Positions 30,520 to 31,707 of a stretch of 31,707 nucleotides of DNA are shown one piece after another. The notes beneath the pieces were generated by a model. That model had not been told where the DNA came from, searched no databases, and saw only the letters and a program-made list of their open reading frames with translations. Origin of the DNA: a virus; the IMG/VR virus record IMGVR_UViG_3300033232_000021, positions 1-31,707 of that record. One strand, written 5' to 3'. A program made the position numbers and the translations under genes. Numbering within the stretch: the first letter of the stretch is position 1; the number at the start of each line of letters is the position of its first letter.

Positions 30520-31707
30520 TTATAAATCTAAACCTGATACATCAACGTAACCCTTTGGCATAGAAAGACCGGCTATATCAAAAGGGTCGTTTGTTATCCC
30601 ACTGTAGGGCTGTGGTTGCATACCACCTGTTTCGTCTATTGTTAGAGGTGTTCCGCCAAATCCGAAGACATCAAAATCATTTCTTTCTTCTAAGTCTGTT
30701 GGTAAGTTGCCTCTAAAATATTCCTCTGCACCCGCTCTTGCTGCCTCGTCTGAATAACCCTCATTCAGTAGTTCTCTGTAGTATTGAACCATTCCAAGAT
30801 AATCTGTACTTGAGGGCCCGCTGTATGACTTTGAGATAGAGAGTTTTTTTGCATAATCTTCCATCTCAGCCTGTCTTTGTGCTGACCACATATCTACTTG
30901 CTGTTTGTATTGTCTTGTTTCTGCGTCTAAACTTCTCATTGATTCAATAAATTGCATCTGAGTATTCTGAATAAGATTAGCAAGTGCGTTAGCTTTTTGT
31001 GCTGTAGCACCTCTTCTTTCAGCTTCTAATGCATCTAACTTCTGACCGAAGTATTGTGATATCTCCATTGCCTTACTTGCCTTGAATTGGTCTATCTGTA
31101 GAAGTTGCTCACCTGCTATTTGATTGACTTCGTTTATCTTACTTCCAATTTCTTTTATAGCTTTGTTTCTTGTATCAAGAACCCCTGATCTGCTCTGTTG
31201 TGCAGCTCTTGAAAGCATCTCACTCATTTGTCCTGATGCTGAAGAATCTGCGGCACCTCTTACACCTAAATAACGACCTGCCGCTGTAAGTGAGTTTCTG
31301 ATATCCTCTTCTAACGATCTTAAAGATTTGGTAGCGAGATTTTCTTGCTCTCCTTTTTGTGACTCAAGTCCTGTTACGCCTCTTGCTCTTTGTGATTCAA
31401 CAATACCTGCTTGTGAACCTGCCATTTGGTCTATAAAACCCAACATCTCCTCCTTTTGTTCAGGGAGTAGTCCTGCCATCTGGTCTAATTGTGAAAATAC
31501 ATCCGAATAGCCCGATTCTATCTCCTCTCTTATTTTTCTTTCCATTTCTTCAATTCTTTTTCTTTCTGCTTCCTCCGCTGCTTTTCTTTCTGCTTCTGCT
31601 TGTTCTTTCAATTCTTCTGGTGTTGGTCCTGATGTACCACTTGTTGTACCACCTGACGTACTTGTTGTACCACCTGACGTACTTGTTGTACCACCTGACG
31701 TACTTGT
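30520..31707 (-). CDS. Body of the junction-spanning gene (451 aa in total; start codon at 295). Coiled-coil-rich internal virion/ejection-like protein.
   Basis: The ORF stays open to the window end, and 31581-31707 duplicates 1-127. Glu/Lys/Ala-rich heptads (EELKEQAEAERKAAEEAERKRIEEMERK). Confidence 0.7.
   Translation of the reverse strand, partial: TSTSGGTTSTSGGTTSTSGGTTSGTSGPTPEELKEQAEAERKAAEEAERKRIEEMERKIREEIESGYSDVFSQLDQMAGLLPEQKEEMLGFIDQMAGSQAGIVESQRARGVTGLESQKGEQENLATKSLRSLEEDIRNSLTAAGRYLGVRGAADSSASGQMSEMLSRAAQQSRSGVLDTRNKAIKEIGSKINEVNQIAGEQLLQIDQFKASKAMEISQYFGQKLDALEAERRGATAQKANALANLIQNTQMQFIESMRSLDAETRQYKQQVDMWSAQRQAEMEDYAKKLSISKSYSGPSSTDYLGMVQYYRELLNEGYSDEAARAGAEEYFRGNLPTDLEERNDFDVFGFGGTPLTIDETGGMQPQPYSGITNDPFDIAGLSMPKGYVDVSGLDL

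Noticed and set aside
1468-31510. All plus-strand ORFs in the track (for example 1468-1653, 5227-5421, 5573-5773, 6499-6696, 9090-9299, 9951-10133, 10308-10853, 12221-12403, 13325-13585, 16283-16639, 17097-17384, 20383-20627, 21676-21939, 25534-25947 and 31328-31510).
   Set aside because: Each lies antisense to a longer, motif-bearing minus-strand gene and lacks an SD. Their translations are low-complexity Ser/Phe/Leu-rich, as expected for shadow frames of a purine-rich coding strand.
1-31707. Genome-wide UGA reassignment (code 4 or 25), prompted by two suspicious in-frame TGAs at 21128 and 5254.
   Set aside because: Under the standard code the genome is already almost fully covered by long uninterrupted ORFs (up to 672 aa), and these ORFs stop and start at coupled junctions. 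Reassignment would fuse clearly separate genes.

Overview
The window is a complete, circularly closed dsDNA tailed-phage genome. Bases 1-127 are identical to 31581-31707, so the unique length is 31,580 bp. One gene reads in frame across the join. Every credible gene is on the minus strand, and many neighbours share ATGA or short overlaps.

Gene order in the direction of transcription (descending coordinates):
- About 820 bp control region (20704-21540).
- Early genes: small HTH, Zn-ribbon and membrane proteins, a membrane-anchored transglycosylase, a PD-(D/E)XK nuclease and a NinG-like protein.
- terS, terL, portal, scaffold and major capsid protein.
- GroES-like co-chaperonin.
- A sugar/methyl-tailoring island: double GT2, two SAM methyltransferases, an HNH endonuclease, a deacetylase-like ORF and a GT-B glycosyltransferase.
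- Small virion proteins and a Ser/Thr-repeat fibre.
- Across the circular join: two large ejection/internal-virion-like proteins, adaptor-like, nozzle-like and second fibre proteins.
- Lysis cassette: membrane proteins and an Amidase_2 endolysin.
- A metallophosphoesterase followed by a terminator.

I found no DNA polymerase, primase, helicase, integrase, CI-like repressor, tRNA, CRISPR array or reverse transcriptase. No tube or sheath genes were seen, so the tail looks podovirus-like.

Most interesting observations:
1. The glycan-tailoring island inside the late structural operon, next to Ser/Thr-rich and N-x-S/T-rich virion proteins. This is a candidate virion glycosylation system.
2. Three perfect DnaA boxes plus an AT-rich tract in a genome with no replication genes.
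3. A face-to-face pair of near-consensus promoters, each with a palindromic operator-like element and an intrinsic terminator. These predict two short RNAs that are antisense at their 5' ends.

All functional calls come from motif reading by eye. No database search was run.
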